Positions 8,976 to 19,641 of a stretch of 64,000 nucleotides of DNA are shown here, piece after piece. Position 1 is the first letter of the stretch; every line of letters begins with the position of its first letter. Location: the NCBI GenBank assembly GCA_041663665.1, contig JBAYMG010000005.1, positions 1,354-65,353 on the forward strand, read 5' to 3'. The DNA is from Candidatus Omnitrophota bacterium. Lineage in GTDB: Bacteria > Omnitrophota > Gorgyraeia > Gygaellales > Profunditerraquicolaceae. The notes under the pieces are model-generated. The model was not told the DNA's origin. It did not search any database and saw nothing but the letters and a program-made list of their open reading frames with translations. The position numbers and the translations under genes were made by a program.

Positions 8976-11939
8976 ATGCTAGGATTAATTAGAAAAATTA
9001 TATTGAATAATAAGCAGGGTGCAATAATCAAAAGATACCCCAAGCTGAATATAGCATTGCATCCGGATATGCCAAGCCCTTCAATGAATAAGATGGTTGA
9101 GGTGGCTGGATTGGTTGACCGGGTTAATTCTTGTGAAAGCCGGATAAGCTTGCTTAGCGATCAAGAGTTAACCGCTAAATCCGAGGAATTTAAAAAACAT
9201 TTAAAAATTAAGTCTGAAGAAATTGCTCCGGAATTAGAGCAATTGCAGCAGGCTATGCAGAATGTCGCTATGCCTGAAGAAAAAGAAAAGTTAAAAGAAA
9301 AGTTAAAGAATAGCCGCAATAGAATTTTTGCTGATATTCTACCTGAGGCTTTTGCAGTGGTTCGCGAAGCATCCAAGCGCACGATTGGTTTAAGGCATTT
9401 TGATGTGCAAATCGCCGGAGGTATTATTTTACATGAAGGCAGAATCGCCGAGATGTCCACCGGAGAAGGAAAAACACTGGTGGCAACACTGGCAGCATAT
9501 CTTAATGCTTTGCTGGGCAAAGGTGTTCACGTTGTTACGGTTAACGACTATTTAGCCAAGCGCGACCGAGAGTGGATGGGGCCGATCTATGAATTTTTAG
9601 GTTTAAGTGTCGGTACTATCCAACATGACATGAGTGATGAGGAAAGGAAAATCGGTTATGCTTGCGATATAACTTATGGGACAAACAACGAATTTGGTTT
9701 TGATTACTTGCGCGATAACATGAAGTATTCTATTGATGACCTGGTGCAGAGGCCGTTCTATTATGCAATTGTTGATGAGGTTGACTCGATATTAATTGAT
9801 GAAGCCCGGACCCCTTTAATTATTTCCGGCCCGGCTGAAGAATCTACCGAGAAATATTATTTGGCTAAAAAAATAGTTGAACAATTAAAGGGGCGCCGCG
9901 TAACTGAGCATGATGAAATTGATGCAAAATACAAGGGAATAGACTTAGGTTTGGGGTTTGATTATGTAGCTGATGAGAAGGCCCAAACAGTAGCTTTAAC
10001 TGATGCCGGGGAAGTTAAAGCTTCTCAACTTTGGAATGTGGAAACATTGCATTCTTTAGAGACAATTGAATATCGGCACCATACTATTGCCGCTTTGCGG
10101 GCAAAAGAGTTTTTTAAGCGCGATGTGGATTATGTCATCAAAGACGGGCAGGTAATTATCGTCGATGAATTTACCGGAAGGCTTATGCCGGGCAGGCGTT
10201 GGTCAGACGGATTACATCAGGCAGCTGAAGCTAAAGAAGGATTAAAGATTGAGCGGGAAAACCAGACTTTGGCAACAGTGACCTTCCAGAATTATTTTCG
10301 TATGTATGAAAAATTGGCGGGTATGACCGGGACTGCTTTTACCGAAGCCAATGAATTTAAAAGTATTTATCAACTGGATGTGGTGGTTCTGCCGACTAAC
10401 CAGGCTTTGGTGCGCAAGAATTATCCGGATCGTATTTATAAAACTGAAGAAGAAAAATTTGCGGCAGTAGTTGAAGAAATTGTTGAGTTAAGCAAATTAG
10501 GTAAACCCGTATTAGTCGGGACAATTACTATTGATAAATCTGAAATGCTTTCTGAGATGCTTAAGCGCCGGGGGGTTATTCATCAGGTGTTGAATGCAAA
10601 ATATCATGAAATGGAAGCCCAGATTATCGCGCAAGCCGGTAGGTATAAAGGCGTAACTATTGCCACCAATATGGCTGGCCGCGGAACTGATATACTCCTT
10701 GGAGGGAATCCTGAATTTATTGCTCGGAGTGTAGCTAAACAAAAATTAAATCCGGAAGATCCAAATTATATTAGCGAACGTGAAGCAATTTTTAAGCATT
10801 ATAAGTCAGAGGCTCAGCTCGAACATAATAAAGTAGTGGAATTAGGCGGTTTACATGTTTTAGGGACAGAGCGGCATGAAGCAAGGCGTATTGATAACCA
10901 GCTGCGCGGCCGCTGCGGCCGCCAGGGTGATCCCGGATCTTCGCGTTTTTATGTGTCGTTAAAGGATGACCTTATGCGCTTGTTCGGTTCCGAGAGAATT
11001 ATCGGGTTAATGGATAAATTAGGATTAGAAGACGGGCAGGTTATCGAACATCCCTGGGTAAGCGGCTCGATTGAGATTGCTCAGCGCAGGGTAGAGCAGC
11101 ATAACTTTGAAATTAGAAAGCAGCTTCTAGAATACGATAATGTAATGAATAAACAAAGAGAGATTATTTATGGCCAGCGCCGGCAAATCTTGGGCGGGTT
11201 TTCTTTAAAAGAAAATATTATTGAGATCATTTCTAAACTAGCCGGTGATTATTTGAAAGTTTATAACAACGAAAATTCATCGGAAACAGATCTTGCAGGT
11301 TTAGTCAGTTTTACAGCTTTAAATTTTGGCTTAGAATTAGGTTCCCAAGTATTCACAAACCTCAGTATCCAGGATATGAAAGAAGAGTTAACTAAAGAAT
11401 TGCTTGCCGCCTATGAAAATAAAGAAAAATCAATGGGGGAAGAGTTGTTGCGTAATTTAGAGCGTATGGTTTTTTTACAGATTATCGATAGTAAATGGAA
11501 AGACCATCTTTATGCTATGGATAGCTTGCGTGAAGGCATTGGTTTGCGTGCCTATGGGCAAAAAGATCCTCTGATTGAGTATAAGCGCGAAGCTTTCGGG
11601 ATGTTCAGCCAGATGATTGCTGCCATTGAAGAAGATGCTGTACAGACTGTTTTTAAATTACAGCCGGCCAAACCGGATAAATTTCAAGGAGTTTTTAGTT
11701 CTTTACCTAAGGAGATGTCTCATCCGGTGGCTTTGGCTATTGGGAGCCAAACCACTGTTTCCCGGATTGAGACAGATCAGTTCCAAGCTTTTCCGCAACA
11801 AGATAGCGTTTCAGAAAATGCCGCTATTTCAGAAAAGCCCACAGTCAAAACTGTGCAATCAGATCATCCTAAGGTTGGGCGCAATGATTCTTGCCCATGC
11901 GGTTCCGGTAAGAAATATAAAAAGTGCTGTGGAAAATGA
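8976..11939 (+). CDS. secA: Preprotein translocase ATPase SecA
   Basis: DEAD-like motor motifs ([37 protein letters not shown]) and the C-terminal zinc finger [14 protein letters not shown]. Confidence 0.95.
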   Translation: MLGLIRKIILNNKQGAIIKRYPKLNIALHPDMPSPSMNKMVEVAGLVDRVNSCESRISLLSDQELTAKSEEFKKHLKIKSEEIAPELEQLQQAMQNVAMPEEKEKLKEKLKNSRNRIFADILPEAFAVVREASKRTIGLRHFDVQIAGGIILHEGRIAEMSTGEGKTLVATLAAYLNALLGKGVHVVTVNDYLAKRDREWMGPIYEFLGLSVGTIQHDMSDEERKIGYACDITYGTNNEFGFDYLRDNMKYSIDDLVQRPFYYAIVDEVDSILIDEARTPLIISGPAEESTEKYYLAKKIVEQLKGRRVTEHDEIDAKYKGIDLGLGFDYVADEKAQTVALTDAGEVKASQLWNVETLHSLETIEYRHHTIAALRAKEFFKRDVDYVIKDGQVIIVDEFTGRLMPGRRWSDGLHQAAEAKEGLKIERENQTLATVTFQNYFRMYEKLAGMTGTAFTEANEFKSIYQLDVVVLPTNQALVRKNYPDRIYKTEEEKFAAVVEEIVELSKLGKPVLVGTITIDKSEMLSEMLKRRGVIHQVLNAKYHEMEAQIIAQAGRYKGVTIATNMAGRGTDILLGGNPEFIARSVAKQKLNPEDPNYISEREAIFKHYKSEAQLEHNKVVELGGLHVLGTERHEARRIDNQLRGRCGRQGDPGSSRFYVSLKDDLMRLFGSERIIGLMDKLGLEDGQVIEHPWVSGSIEIAQRRVEQHNFEIRKQLLEYDNVMNKQREIIYGQRRQILGGFSLKENIIEIISKLAGDYLKVYNNENSSETDLAGLVSFTALNFGLELGSQVFTNLSIQDMKEELTKELLAAYENKEKSMGEELLRNLERMVFLQIIDSKWKDHLYAMDSLREGIGLRAYGQKDPLIEYKREAFGMFSQMIAAIEEDAVQTVFKLQPAKPDKFQGVFSSLPKEMSHPVALAIGSQTTVSRIETDQFQAFPQQDSVSENAAISEKPTVKTVQSDHPKVGRNDSCPCGSGKKYKKCCGK

Positions 11940-13399
11940 GTGCGGTAGCCCTTTCGATTATAACTGCAACTTTATTGTCGCTTTCATTATCTAGTTTTAA
12001 TTTTTGGCAATTTGCCTGGTTTGGTTTTATCCCCCTTTTTATTGCCTTAGAAAATAAATCTCTACGCCAATCTTTTGTTCTGGCGTATTTGTGCGGAATT
12101 ATTTTTTGGGCATTTACGGTTTATTGGCTTGTTCATGTTACGCTTTTGGGCACAGCTATTCTCGTTTTATACCTGGCTTTATATTTTGGCTTATTTGGTT
12201 TAGGTGCAGCATTTATAAAAAAACCTACAGCTAAGGGGATTATTTTTTTACCTTGTTTCTGGGTTTTGCTCGAATATACCCGAAGTTATTTATTTACCGG
12301 ATTTCCCTGGGCATTAATCGGCTTTTCGCAATCCACAAATTTACCGGTTATTCAGCTGGCGGATATTACCGGTGCCTGGGGAGTTTCTTTTTTGGTTGTT
12401 TTGGTTAACGTTACAGCCTATTCCATAATCCGCCGGCAATCAAAATTAAAAATTTATTTAATTCCCGCTGCAATTATTTTTTTATCCTTAGGCTATGGAG
12501 TTGTTAGATTAAGCTATAAACCCGATTTAGGAGCCAGCCGGAAGTTTAAAATATCAGTCATCCAGGGCAATATTCCGCAAAATTTAAAATGGAATAAGCA
12601 GGCAGTTAGTTTTATTCAAAATAACTATAATCAATTGACTGTTTTGGCAGCCAAGGATAATCCGGATTTAATTATTTGGCCGGAAGCCTCTGTCCCGGCT
12701 CTTTGGGGCCAGGATGATATAGAGTTTGAACAGGTTTATTCTCTTGCCCGCCGGGAAAAAATTAGTTTATTAGCCGGTGCAGTTAGGCTGCTTGAAAATA
12801 ACTATTATAACAGTGCTTTGTTTATCGATAGATCAGGTATTTTGCGCTCAACTTATAATAAATTACACTTAGTTCCTTTCGGCGAATTTGTGCCCCTTAA
12901 AAATATTTTTCCGTTTTTAGAGTCTATCGCTCCGATCGGAGATATAACACCGGGTCGGGAGTATACTATTTTTAAGTATCCGGCTGATTTCGGGGTGCTT
13001 ATCTGTTTTGAGGATTTATTTCCGGAATTATCCCGCCAGTTTGTGCAAAAAGGGGCAAGGTTCCTAGTTAATATTACCAATGATGCCTGGTATAAAAAGG
13101 GGAGTGCACCTTATCAGCATTTTGCGGCTTCAGTTTTTAGGGCAGTTGAGAATCGTGTATATCTGGCGCGTTCAGCTAATACCGGGATATCCGGTTTTAT
13201 TGACCCAAAGGGAAAAATTTTATCAGTAGTCAATGGCCTAAAAGGCAATAAAATATTTGTTGCCGGTTTTACCAGCCAGGATATCTATTTAGAACCGTTT
13301 AGGCGCACATTTTATAATCACTACGGTGATTTTTTTATCGTTTTTTGCCTGCTACTTGATGCAGGTGTTATAATATTTATATTAAAAAATAGAAAATGA
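11924..13399 (+). CDS. lnt: Apolipoprotein N-acyltransferase Lnt
   Basis: N-terminal polytopic membrane domain plus a C-terminal CN-hydrolase domain (WPE...[11 protein letters not shown]). Confidence 0.85.
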   Translation: MLWKMSAVALSIITATLLSLSLSSFNFWQFAWFGFIPLFIALENKSLRQSFVLAYLCGIIFWAFTVYWLVHVTLLGTAILVLYLALYFGLFGLGAAFIKKPTAKGIIFLPCFWVLLEYTRSYLFTGFPWALIGFSQSTNLPVIQLADITGAWGVSFLVVLVNVTAYSIIRRQSKLKIYLIPAAIIFLSLGYGVVRLSYKPDLGASRKFKISVIQGNIPQNLKWNKQAVSFIQNNYNQLTVLAAKDNPDLIIWPEASVPALWGQDDIEFEQVYSLARREKISLLAGAVRLLENNYYNSALFIDRSGILRSTYNKLHLVPFGEFVPLKNIFPFLESIAPIGDITPGREYTIFKYPADFGVLICFEDLFPELSRQFVQKGARFLVNITNDAWYKKGSAPYQHFAASVFRAVENRVYLARSANTGISGFIDPKGKILSVVNGLKGNKIFVAGFTSQDIYLEPFRRTFYNHYGDFFIVFCLLLDAGVIIFILKNRK

Positions 13400-13881
13400 A
13401 AAAAATCTTATTAATTATTTTTATTTTATTGTCAACCTCTGTATTTCTGGGGATAGCTGCAATGGACAAACAGTATTTTATCTGTCCCATCGAATATAAG
13501 GGAGATATTGTTATCCGCAGTGATAATCACGGGAATGGTTTGTTTGCCTCAAGCAGATCCGGCAGGAGGTTTCATAAAGGGATTGATCTGTTAGCTTATA
13601 TTGGTACGCCGGTTTTGACTGCTAAAAGCGGTAAGGTGGTTTGTGCAACCGAGAATCGTGGCATGGGTAAATATGTCATCATCCGCCATCGTAATAATAT
13701 TATTACGATTTATGGGCATCTCTCGGAAATTTTTGTACGTAAAAATGATTATTTGCGTCAAGGACAGGTTGTTGGTAGTGTTGGCAAGACCGGTAATGCC
13801 AGATATCGCGATATGCTCCCCCATTTGCATTTTGAAATCAGGAAAAACGGCGTTCCCCAGGATCCTCTTGAATACATTTAA
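13396..13881 (+). CDS. M23 family metallopeptidase
   Basis: HKGIDL...G.PV and HLHFEI zinc-ligand motifs, with a signal peptide. Confidence 0.8.
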   Translation: MKKILLIIFILLSTSVFLGIAAMDKQYFICPIEYKGDIVIRSDNHGNGLFASSRSGRRFHKGIDLLAYIGTPVLTAKSGKVVCATENRGMGKYVIIRHRNNIITIYGHLSEIFVRKNDYLRQGQVVGSVGKTGNARYRDMLPHLHFEIRKNGVPQDPLEYI

Positions 13882-13921
13882 TTCTCTCGACTAGAAATTA
13901 TTTGAATGCTAAGATATAAGT

Positions 13922-15325
13922 ATGTATAAAAAAAGATTAACATTTATTTTGTTACTTTTATTGCTTAATGGATGCGCAAGCGCGCAGAAACTGCAGCTTG
14001 AGCGTAATTCTATATTACCGCTAGAGCCTTTTAAGAATGGCCAGCGGATTTTGATTTTAGCTCCACATCCGGATGATGAGGCTATTGCTTGTTCCGGAGT
14101 TATCCAGCAGGCACTTAAAGCCGGATCCAAAGTCAAGATAGTTTACCTGACTAATGGCGATCACAATGAATTGGCTTTTATTGTTTATGAAAAAAGAATT
14201 GTTATGCGCCAGAGCGAATTTATTCATATGGGCTTTTTACGTCAGCAAGAGTCAATTCGGGCGATGAAATTCTTAGGGCTGAATGAGGACGATCTGGTAT
14301 TTTTAGGATACCCGGATTACGGAACTTTTGAAATATTCTGTAAATACTGGCAGACCAAGAAACCATTCCGGGACCGGCTAACCCGTATATCTAATGTGCC
14401 GTATCCAGATAATTCTTCTTACGGAGCTCCCTATTACGGAGAAAGTATTTTAAAAGATTTAACTAATCAGCTTTTGGATTATCGGCCGGATCAAATATTT
14501 GTTTCGCATCCGGCTGATGTCAATGTTGACCATAAATCATTATATTTGTTTCTCCAGGTGGCTTTAAGCGATTTAGAGGAGGTGTTTCCTGCTCCCGAAA
14601 TTCATCCTTATCTTGTGCATTTTGTTGGTTGGCCCAAGCCAAGGCATTATCATCCGGAACTAGAGTTGTACCCGCCAGATAAATTTATTAATTCTAAAAT
14701 TAATTGGCAACGCCTGAATTTAAGTTTTGATGAGTTGGATAAAAAATATCAATCGATACTTTTTTATAAGAGCCAAACGCAAACCAGCGCTTTTTATTTA
14801 CTTTCTTTTGCTCGAGAAAATGAGCTTTTTGGTAATTATCCGGTTTTAGAGTTAAATCTTCAGTCGACATTGCAAGATAAGATGATTGCTTACTTTGGGG
14901 CTTCGGAGATGTTTAGTGAGGGGGATTATCCGTCAAGTTCAAGAGAAGTCGAAGTAATGGAAGAAAAAGGTTCAGTTAGCTATGCTCATGAAGATAACTA
15001 TTTGATCGTGCGTGTAGATAAGCCCCGGAAGCTTAGCAGCAGGTTCGGAACGTTGCTATATCTTTTTGGGTATAGCAAAAATAAAGCTTTTGCTCAAATG
15101 CCAAAAATTCGCATAATTACCTCATCGAGAAGATGTAAGGTGTTTAATGCCAAAGACAAGGTTATTGACCATGGGGTAATTTTAGATTTGGGTGCTAATT
15201 ATTTAATTTTAAAAATTCCGCTTAAGCTTTTAGGGGATCCGAATTATTTGCTTACTTCCTTGAAAGCTTATCATGGCAATCTGCCGGTTGATGTTGTTGG
15301 TTTTCGTAAAATTAAAATTAAATAG
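13922..15325 (+). CDS. Lipoprotein with N-terminal PIG-L/LmbE-family deacetylase domain and an uncharacterised ~200-aa C-terminal domain
   Basis: Lipobox (LLLLLNGCASA) and the PIG-L motif (ILILAPHPDDEAIACSG...HPADVNVDH). Confidence 0.7.
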   Translation: MYKKRLTFILLLLLLNGCASAQKLQLERNSILPLEPFKNGQRILILAPHPDDEAIACSGVIQQALKAGSKVKIVYLTNGDHNELAFIVYEKRIVMRQSEFIHMGFLRQQESIRAMKFLGLNEDDLVFLGYPDYGTFEIFCKYWQTKKPFRDRLTRISNVPYPDNSSYGAPYYGESILKDLTNQLLDYRPDQIFVSHPADVNVDHKSLYLFLQVALSDLEEVFPAPEIHPYLVHFVGWPKPRHYHPELELYPPDKFINSKINWQRLNLSFDELDKKYQSILFYKSQTQTSAFYLLSFARENELFGNYPVLELNLQSTLQDKMIAYFGASEMFSEGDYPSSSREVEVMEEKGSVSYAHEDNYLIVRVDKPRKLSSRFGTLLYLFGYSKNKAFAQMPKIRIITSSRRCKVFNAKDKVIDHGVILDLGANYLILKIPLKLLGDPNYLLTSLKAYHGNLPVDVVGFRKIKIK

Positions 15326-15409
15326 GGCGCAAGGTGGATAAAACAAGGCTAGATAAACCTATTGTAATTTTAGGGTAGTTTGGTATAATCTGAATTAACT
15401 TAAATTAAA

Positions 15410-16324
15410 ATGGATTTTAAAAAATTTCGTAAATTAATAAAACATTCTACGGCTAGGTTTGGAATAGGCCTTTGTTGTTCAATAGTGAAGGTTATGCCTG
15501 CTGGTTTTTTGTATGCTTTTGCCAGTAACCTTGCCGCTTTAGCCTATGTGTTTGCGCTAAAACAAAAGAAAATTGCTTTAAATAGTTTGAATATTGCTTT
15601 TGGCGGAGAAAAATCCTCCCAGGAGATTAATAAAATAGCCAAGACTTGTTTTACCTACATGGCCAAGAGCGCAGTCGAGCTCATGTTCTTTTTTGATAAG
15701 CCGCACGCTTTAAAGGACCGGGTGGAAATTATCGGCTGTCAGAATTTGGATAAGGCATTGGCTCGTGGGCATGGCGTGATTTTGGTTAGTGCTCATTTTG
15801 GTAATTTCCCTCTTCTCTTGGGCAGGCTGGCGGTAGCCGGGTATAAGGCCGGCGGGATCATGAAACCGATGCATGATGCTAAGATGGAAGAGATCTTTCG
15901 TAAGAAAAGAGAGAAATATGGAGTGCGTACGATTTATAGCCAACCGCGGAGTGAGTGTGTGAATAGCACCATTACTGCTCTGCGTAATAATGAACTGATT
16001 TTTACCCCGATCGATCAGAATTTTGGAACCGGAGGAGTATTCGTTAATTTCTTTGGAGAAAAGGCAGCTACTGCTACCGGTCCGGTAATTTTAGCTCAAA
16101 GAACTAAAGCTGCAATTGTCCCTTGTTTTATTCTCAGGCAGCCCAATGATAAGCATAGGATAGTGTTTGAACCGGAACTAGAGTTAGTTGAAGGTAAAGA
16201 TCCCCGGGATACAATATTGGTCAATATCCAGAGGCTTACTGATATCATTGAGTCTTATATACGGAAGTATCCCGCAGAGTGGGGATGGATTCATCGTCGC
16301 TGGAAGAGTAAGCCTCCCGCCTAA
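15410..16324 (+). CDS. Lipid A biosynthesis late acyltransferase (LpxL/LpxM/HtrB family)
   Basis: HX4-type catalytic region (SAHFGNFP) and the family C-terminal signature WIHRRWK. Confidence 0.7.
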   Translation: MDFKKFRKLIKHSTARFGIGLCCSIVKVMPAGFLYAFASNLAALAYVFALKQKKIALNSLNIAFGGEKSSQEINKIAKTCFTYMAKSAVELMFFFDKPHALKDRVEIIGCQNLDKALARGHGVILVSAHFGNFPLLLGRLAVAGYKAGGIMKPMHDAKMEEIFRKKREKYGVRTIYSQPRSECVNSTITALRNNELIFTPIDQNFGTGGVFVNFFGEKAATATGPVILAQRTKAAIVPCFILRQPNDKHRIVFEPELELVEGKDPRDTILVNIQRLTDIIESYIRKYPAEWGWIHRRWKSKPPA

Positions 16325-16431
16325 AATTATGCGGCGGGATAAAACTGCGCATGAGCTTACTTTTACTGTTAATCTATTTTTGCAGGCAAGTAGCAGTAAG
16401 CCAAGCGTTCATTTAAAAGGAGGGTTTTAAG

Positions 16432-16656
16432 ATGGGGCAAGACGAGAAGAAGTGTTGTGGTACAGAAAGTAAATGTTGTAATGGGAAGAAAACATTAGCT
16501 ACGCTTTTTAAAGTTATTTTAGGGTTAGTGTTTTTGGTTTTAGGTGGCTTGTCAATTTTAAAGTTTTGGCCTGAGCTTATTTCAATTATTAAAGGTGGTA
16601 TCGGTTTATTCTTGATTTTAGCTGGTATAATTACTTTAGCTATAGCTAAAGAATAA
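16432..16656 (+). CDS. Small Cys-rich two-TM membrane protein (hypothetical)
   Basis: Good SD (AAAGGAGGG). N-terminal KKCCGTESKCCNGKK is followed by two hydrophobic helices, and a strong terminator lies directly downstream. Confidence 0.5.
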   Translation: MGQDEKKCCGTESKCCNGKKTLATLFKVILGLVFLVLGGLSILKFWPELISIIKGGIGLFLILAGIITLAIAKE

Positions 16657-16681
16657 GCAAAAAGCTTTAAAATAATTAAAT

Positions 16682-16733
16682 AAGAGGAAGATTCTATCCG
16701 GTCAAAAGGATAGAATCTTCCTCTTATTTCTTT
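16682..16733 (+). terminator. Rho-independent terminator
   Basis: 18-bp perfect stem (aagaggaagattctatcc / ggatagaatcttcctctt) with an 8-nt loop, followed by a T-rich tract. Confidence 0.75.
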
Positions 16734-16864
16734 TGCTATTATTTAGTTTTCATATATAATATACAAATTATAAGAAAATAAAATAACACTTTGCGTGCAG
16801 GGGTGTAATCCTCGATCTTAATAGGGTAGTCGTTTATACCTTCGCGAGTTTTAAGGAGAATGAT

Positions 16865-17434
16865 ATGGAAAGTATTCTTAAGAAAGAATTGATTAGTGAC
16901 AGTCGAGTTTGCCGGATGATTGCTGTAGGGGTTTTCTTTACTCTTACTGTTTTATCTGCTTTTGTCCGGATACCTTTGCCTTTTACCCCGGTGCCGTTTA
17001 CTTTGCAGACACTCTTTGTTTTACTTTCCGGGGCATTACTGGGTAGAAAACTCGGCATGTTTACGCAGGCCTCATATATGTTTTTAGGTTTGATAGGCCA
17101 GCAGGTTTTTACCGGTTTGGGCAGTGGTAGTTTATACTTGCTCGGCCCCACCGGCGGTTATGTTGTCGGTTTTGTTTTAGCTTCTTTCTTAACCGGTAGC
17201 CTCTTTACAGACGAAAGGCAAAGCAGGCTTGCTATTTTTTCGAAACTCTTATTTGCGGATTTTATAATTTTATCTAGCGGCATGTTTTGGTTAAAATTCA
17301 GTTTATCCTGTTCGATGGCTCAGGCATTTTTGCTCGGGTTTCTACCGTTTGTATTTGGTGATTTATTAAAGATTATCCTGGCTGTGATTGTTTATCGCAA
17401 ACTTCATTTACGTATTAAAGCCAGCCTTTATTAA
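16865..17434 (+). CDS. bioY: Biotin transporter BioY
   Basis: BioY family motif (PFTPVPFTLQTLFVLLSGALLG) and a 189-aa size with 5-6 TM helices. Confidence 0.85.
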   Translation: MESILKKELISDSRVCRMIAVGVFFTLTVLSAFVRIPLPFTPVPFTLQTLFVLLSGALLGRKLGMFTQASYMFLGLIGQQVFTGLGSGSLYLLGPTGGYVVGFVLASFLTGSLFTDERQSRLAIFSKLLFADFIILSSGMFWLKFSLSCSMAQAFLLGFLPFVFGDLLKIILAVIVYRKLHLRIKASLY

Positions 17435-17545
17435 TTAAAGCTATTTTTTAGTTGTAATATTTAGGTCAGTTTCATTGGTTTTATAGGTAACTTGACAAAT
17501 ATTAAATACTATGATAATTTAAATTAAGCTTAAAAGGAGGGTAAG

Positions 17546-18139
17546 ATGCATTTTAAGAAAATTTTGTTTTTATCGGTATTTATTATTTCAAGCATAATGG
17601 TTAGTTGTGCTGTTTTTGCTGAAGAGGCTGCGGTTACGCCTACTGATTCCGTCGTTATTGCTCCAGTTGTTACTCCTAACCAGCAGGTTGCGGTTCCTCA
17701 GGAAAAAAGCGATACGCAGTGGGCTTGGGGAGAAGTAACAAATTTAGATAATCAGTCCAAAGCGCTTACCATTAAGTATCTTGATTATGAAACTGATCAG
17801 GAGAAAGAACTTATTTTAATTGTTGATGATAAAACAACTTTTGAGAATATTAATAGTTTTAATGAATTAAAGTTAAAAGATACTCTGAGCATAGATTATG
17901 CAATTAGCGCGGATAATAAAAATATTGCTAAAAACATAAGCCTTGAAAAGCCGGATGCTGTGCCGCCGGTTGCGGAATCTGCTAAAACAGGGGATAAAAC
18001 TGCTGAGGCGCCTGCAGCTAATGCTCCGCCAGTATTAGAAGATGCCACAGCAACGACGACGCAGCCAGCTGTCGTTGATGCTCCAGCAGAAGTTCTAGCG
18101 CCTGAATCAACGTCTGCTGTCAGCGCGCAAGCACAATAA
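17546..18139 (+). CDS. Secreted hypothetical protein with Ala/Pro/Thr-rich low-complexity C-terminal tail
   Basis: Signal peptide, SD AAAGGAGGG, and a biased-composition C-terminus. Confidence 0.5.
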   Translation: MHFKKILFLSVFIISSIMVSCAVFAEEAAVTPTDSVVIAPVVTPNQQVAVPQEKSDTQWAWGEVTNLDNQSKALTIKYLDYETDQEKELILIVDDKTTFENINSFNELKLKDTLSIDYAISADNKNIAKNISLEKPDAVPPVAESAKTGDKTAEAPAANAPPVLEDATATTTQPAVVDAPAEVLAPESTSAVSAQAQ

Positions 18140-18165
18140 TTGTTTATATAAATAAATTATTACCG

Positions 18166-18200
18166 ATAGGCAGGGCCTTAAAACCCTGCCTATATTTATT
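18166..18200 (+). terminator. Rho-independent terminator
   Basis: 10-bp perfect stem (ataggcaggg / ccctgcctat) with an 8-nt loop, followed by ATTTATT. Confidence 0.6.
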
Positions 18201-18842
18201 ATGAGAAATATAAAATTAATTATTTTTGATTTAGATGGTACATTAATTAATGCCTATGCAGCGATAGAAAAGAGCTTTAATTATGTGATGCGTACGTTGG
18301 AATTAAAAATACAAAATTCCGGCGTTATTCGTCGAGCAGTCGGCTGGGGCGATGGGAATTTGCTCAAGCCTTTTGTGCCCAGCGAAAATTTAGACCAAGC
18401 GTTGAGTCTTTACCGTAAACATCATAAACATAGTTTACTTAAGTATGCGCATCTTTATCCGTATGCCAAATCTCTTTTGCGCCAACTCAAGGCCAGGGGC
18501 TATAAGTTGGCAGTAGCCAGTAATCGGCCAACGGAGTTTTCTCTTATACTCTTAAGGCATTTACAGATATTTGACTATTTTGATTATGTGCTTTGTGCTG
18601 ATAAATTAAAGCATGGCAAACCAAATCCTGAAATACTAAATAAAATAGTTAAAAGGTTCGCCTTTAAGAAATCGCAGGTTTTGTATGTCGGGGACATGGT
18701 GATTGACGCTCAAGCAGCGAATCGGGCGAAGATTAATGCGATAATTGTCATGGGCGGCTCAAGTAGTAAAAGTGAGATTAAAAAAGAGAAGCCTTTTAAA
18801 ATTATTCCGGCAATTGGCAAGCTTATGCAGATGCTGGAGTAG
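18201..18842 (+). CDS. HAD-superfamily hydrolase (phosphoglycolate phosphatase-like)
   Basis: HAD motif I (IKLIIFDLDGTLINAY) and motif IV (VGDMVIDAQAA). Confidence 0.7.
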   Translation: MRNIKLIIFDLDGTLINAYAAIEKSFNYVMRTLELKIQNSGVIRRAVGWGDGNLLKPFVPSENLDQALSLYRKHHKHSLLKYAHLYPYAKSLLRQLKARGYKLAVASNRPTEFSLILLRHLQIFDYFDYVLCADKLKHGKPNPEILNKIVKRFAFKKSQVLYVGDMVIDAQAANRAKINAIIVMGGSSSKSEIKKEKPFKIIPAIGKLMQMLE

Positions 18843-18861
18843 CTTGTTAATTAGGTTTTCC

Positions 18862-18890
18862 TTGACAGTTAGGTTAATCGGTAATATATT
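18862..18890 (+). promoter_or_regulatory. Sigma70-type promoter TTGACA-17-TATATT (leaderless or near-leaderless start of the CsgG-like gene)
   Basis: cTTGACAgttaggttaatcggtaaTATATTaaaaATGagtATG. The predicted TSS falls at or within the first ATG. Confidence 0.5.
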
Positions 18891-18894
18891 AAAA

Positions 18895-19548
18895 ATGAGT
18901 ATGAAGAAATGCTTTGAGATATTTAGTTTCGCGGCAATGTTGTTGTGTTTAGCTGGATGTTTTTCAACCAAACCGCATTTTGCTTTAGATAAATCATTAA
19001 CCGGAGAGCCATTAAGTCAATATTCCGGTCCAAAAGCTAAAATCACAATTAATGATTTTGAACTGAAAACTTCGGGTGTTGATGTTGAGATTGGTTTAGC
19101 CCTGAAAGAATACTTTATCAGCATTTTGTCCGGCACTAAGCGTTTTATTGTAGTCGGCCCGCAAGAAGCAGACTTAATTGTTAGTGTTGCGGTTATTGAA
19201 TTTATACCTGAAAGTTCAGGCGGCAAAGCGGGTTTAGCTGGCGGAGGAAGCAGTGCCAGTAGTTTTATGGGTGGATTGTTAGGAGAAGCTTTAAATAAAG
19301 CAAATATGCAGTTGGGCCTGCGGATTATTGACCGGGCTACTTCTAATATTATAAGCAATAGAGATATTCAAAGTCAGGCAATAGAAAACCCTGGGAAGAA
19401 GAGTATAAAAACCCCTCATGACAAGGCTTTCAAAGCAGGTTTGAGTGAGTATTCCGGAAAGCCTATGGGTAAAGTTATTTATGATTGCTTGGTTGAAGCA
19501 GGGCGCTATATTGCGCAAAACGTACCGATGAATTACTACAAAAATTAA
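18895..19548 (+). CDS. CsgG/HfaB-family lipoprotein (curli-type secretion channel-like)
   Basis: Lipobox (LLCLAGCFS), a CsgG-like pattern (LKEYFISILSGTKRFIVVGPQ...GGKAGLAGGG...LGLRIIDRATSNII), and an in-frame ATG at 18895/18901 downstream of the promoter. Confidence 0.55.
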   Translation: MSMKKCFEIFSFAAMLLCLAGCFSTKPHFALDKSLTGEPLSQYSGPKAKITINDFELKTSGVDVEIGLALKEYFISILSGTKRFIVVGPQEADLIVSVAVIEFIPESSGGKAGLAGGGSSASSFMGGLLGEALNKANMQLGLRIIDRATSNIISNRDIQSQAIENPGKKSIKTPHDKAFKAGLSEYSGKPMGKVIYDCLVEAGRYIAQNVPMNYYKN

Positions 19549-19550
19549 CT

Positions 19551-19631
19551 ATGGGAAAAAGAAAACGTAGAGGAAAGCTTAACTGGCGTTCTAAGAAAGC
19601 CAATAAGGGCAGAAAACCTAATTTAGGTTAA
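19551..19631 (+). CDS. Small basic ORF (26 aa) resembling 30S ribosomal protein bTHX (absent from the provided ORF track)
   Basis: MGKRKRRGKLNWRSKKANKGRKPNLG resembles Thermus Thx ([26 protein letters not shown]). It starts 3 nt after the upstream stop and has no obvious SD. Confidence 0.4.
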   Translation: MGKRKRRGKLNWRSKKANKGRKPNLG

Positions 19632-19641
19632 ATTCCTGTAT

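Noticed and set aside
16741-16864. BirA operator (TGTAAACC-N14-GGTTTACA-like) upstream of bioY
   Set aside because: Only a single TGTAATCC half-site-like string was found, without a complementary partner at appropriate spacing, so a bio operator here cannot be supported.
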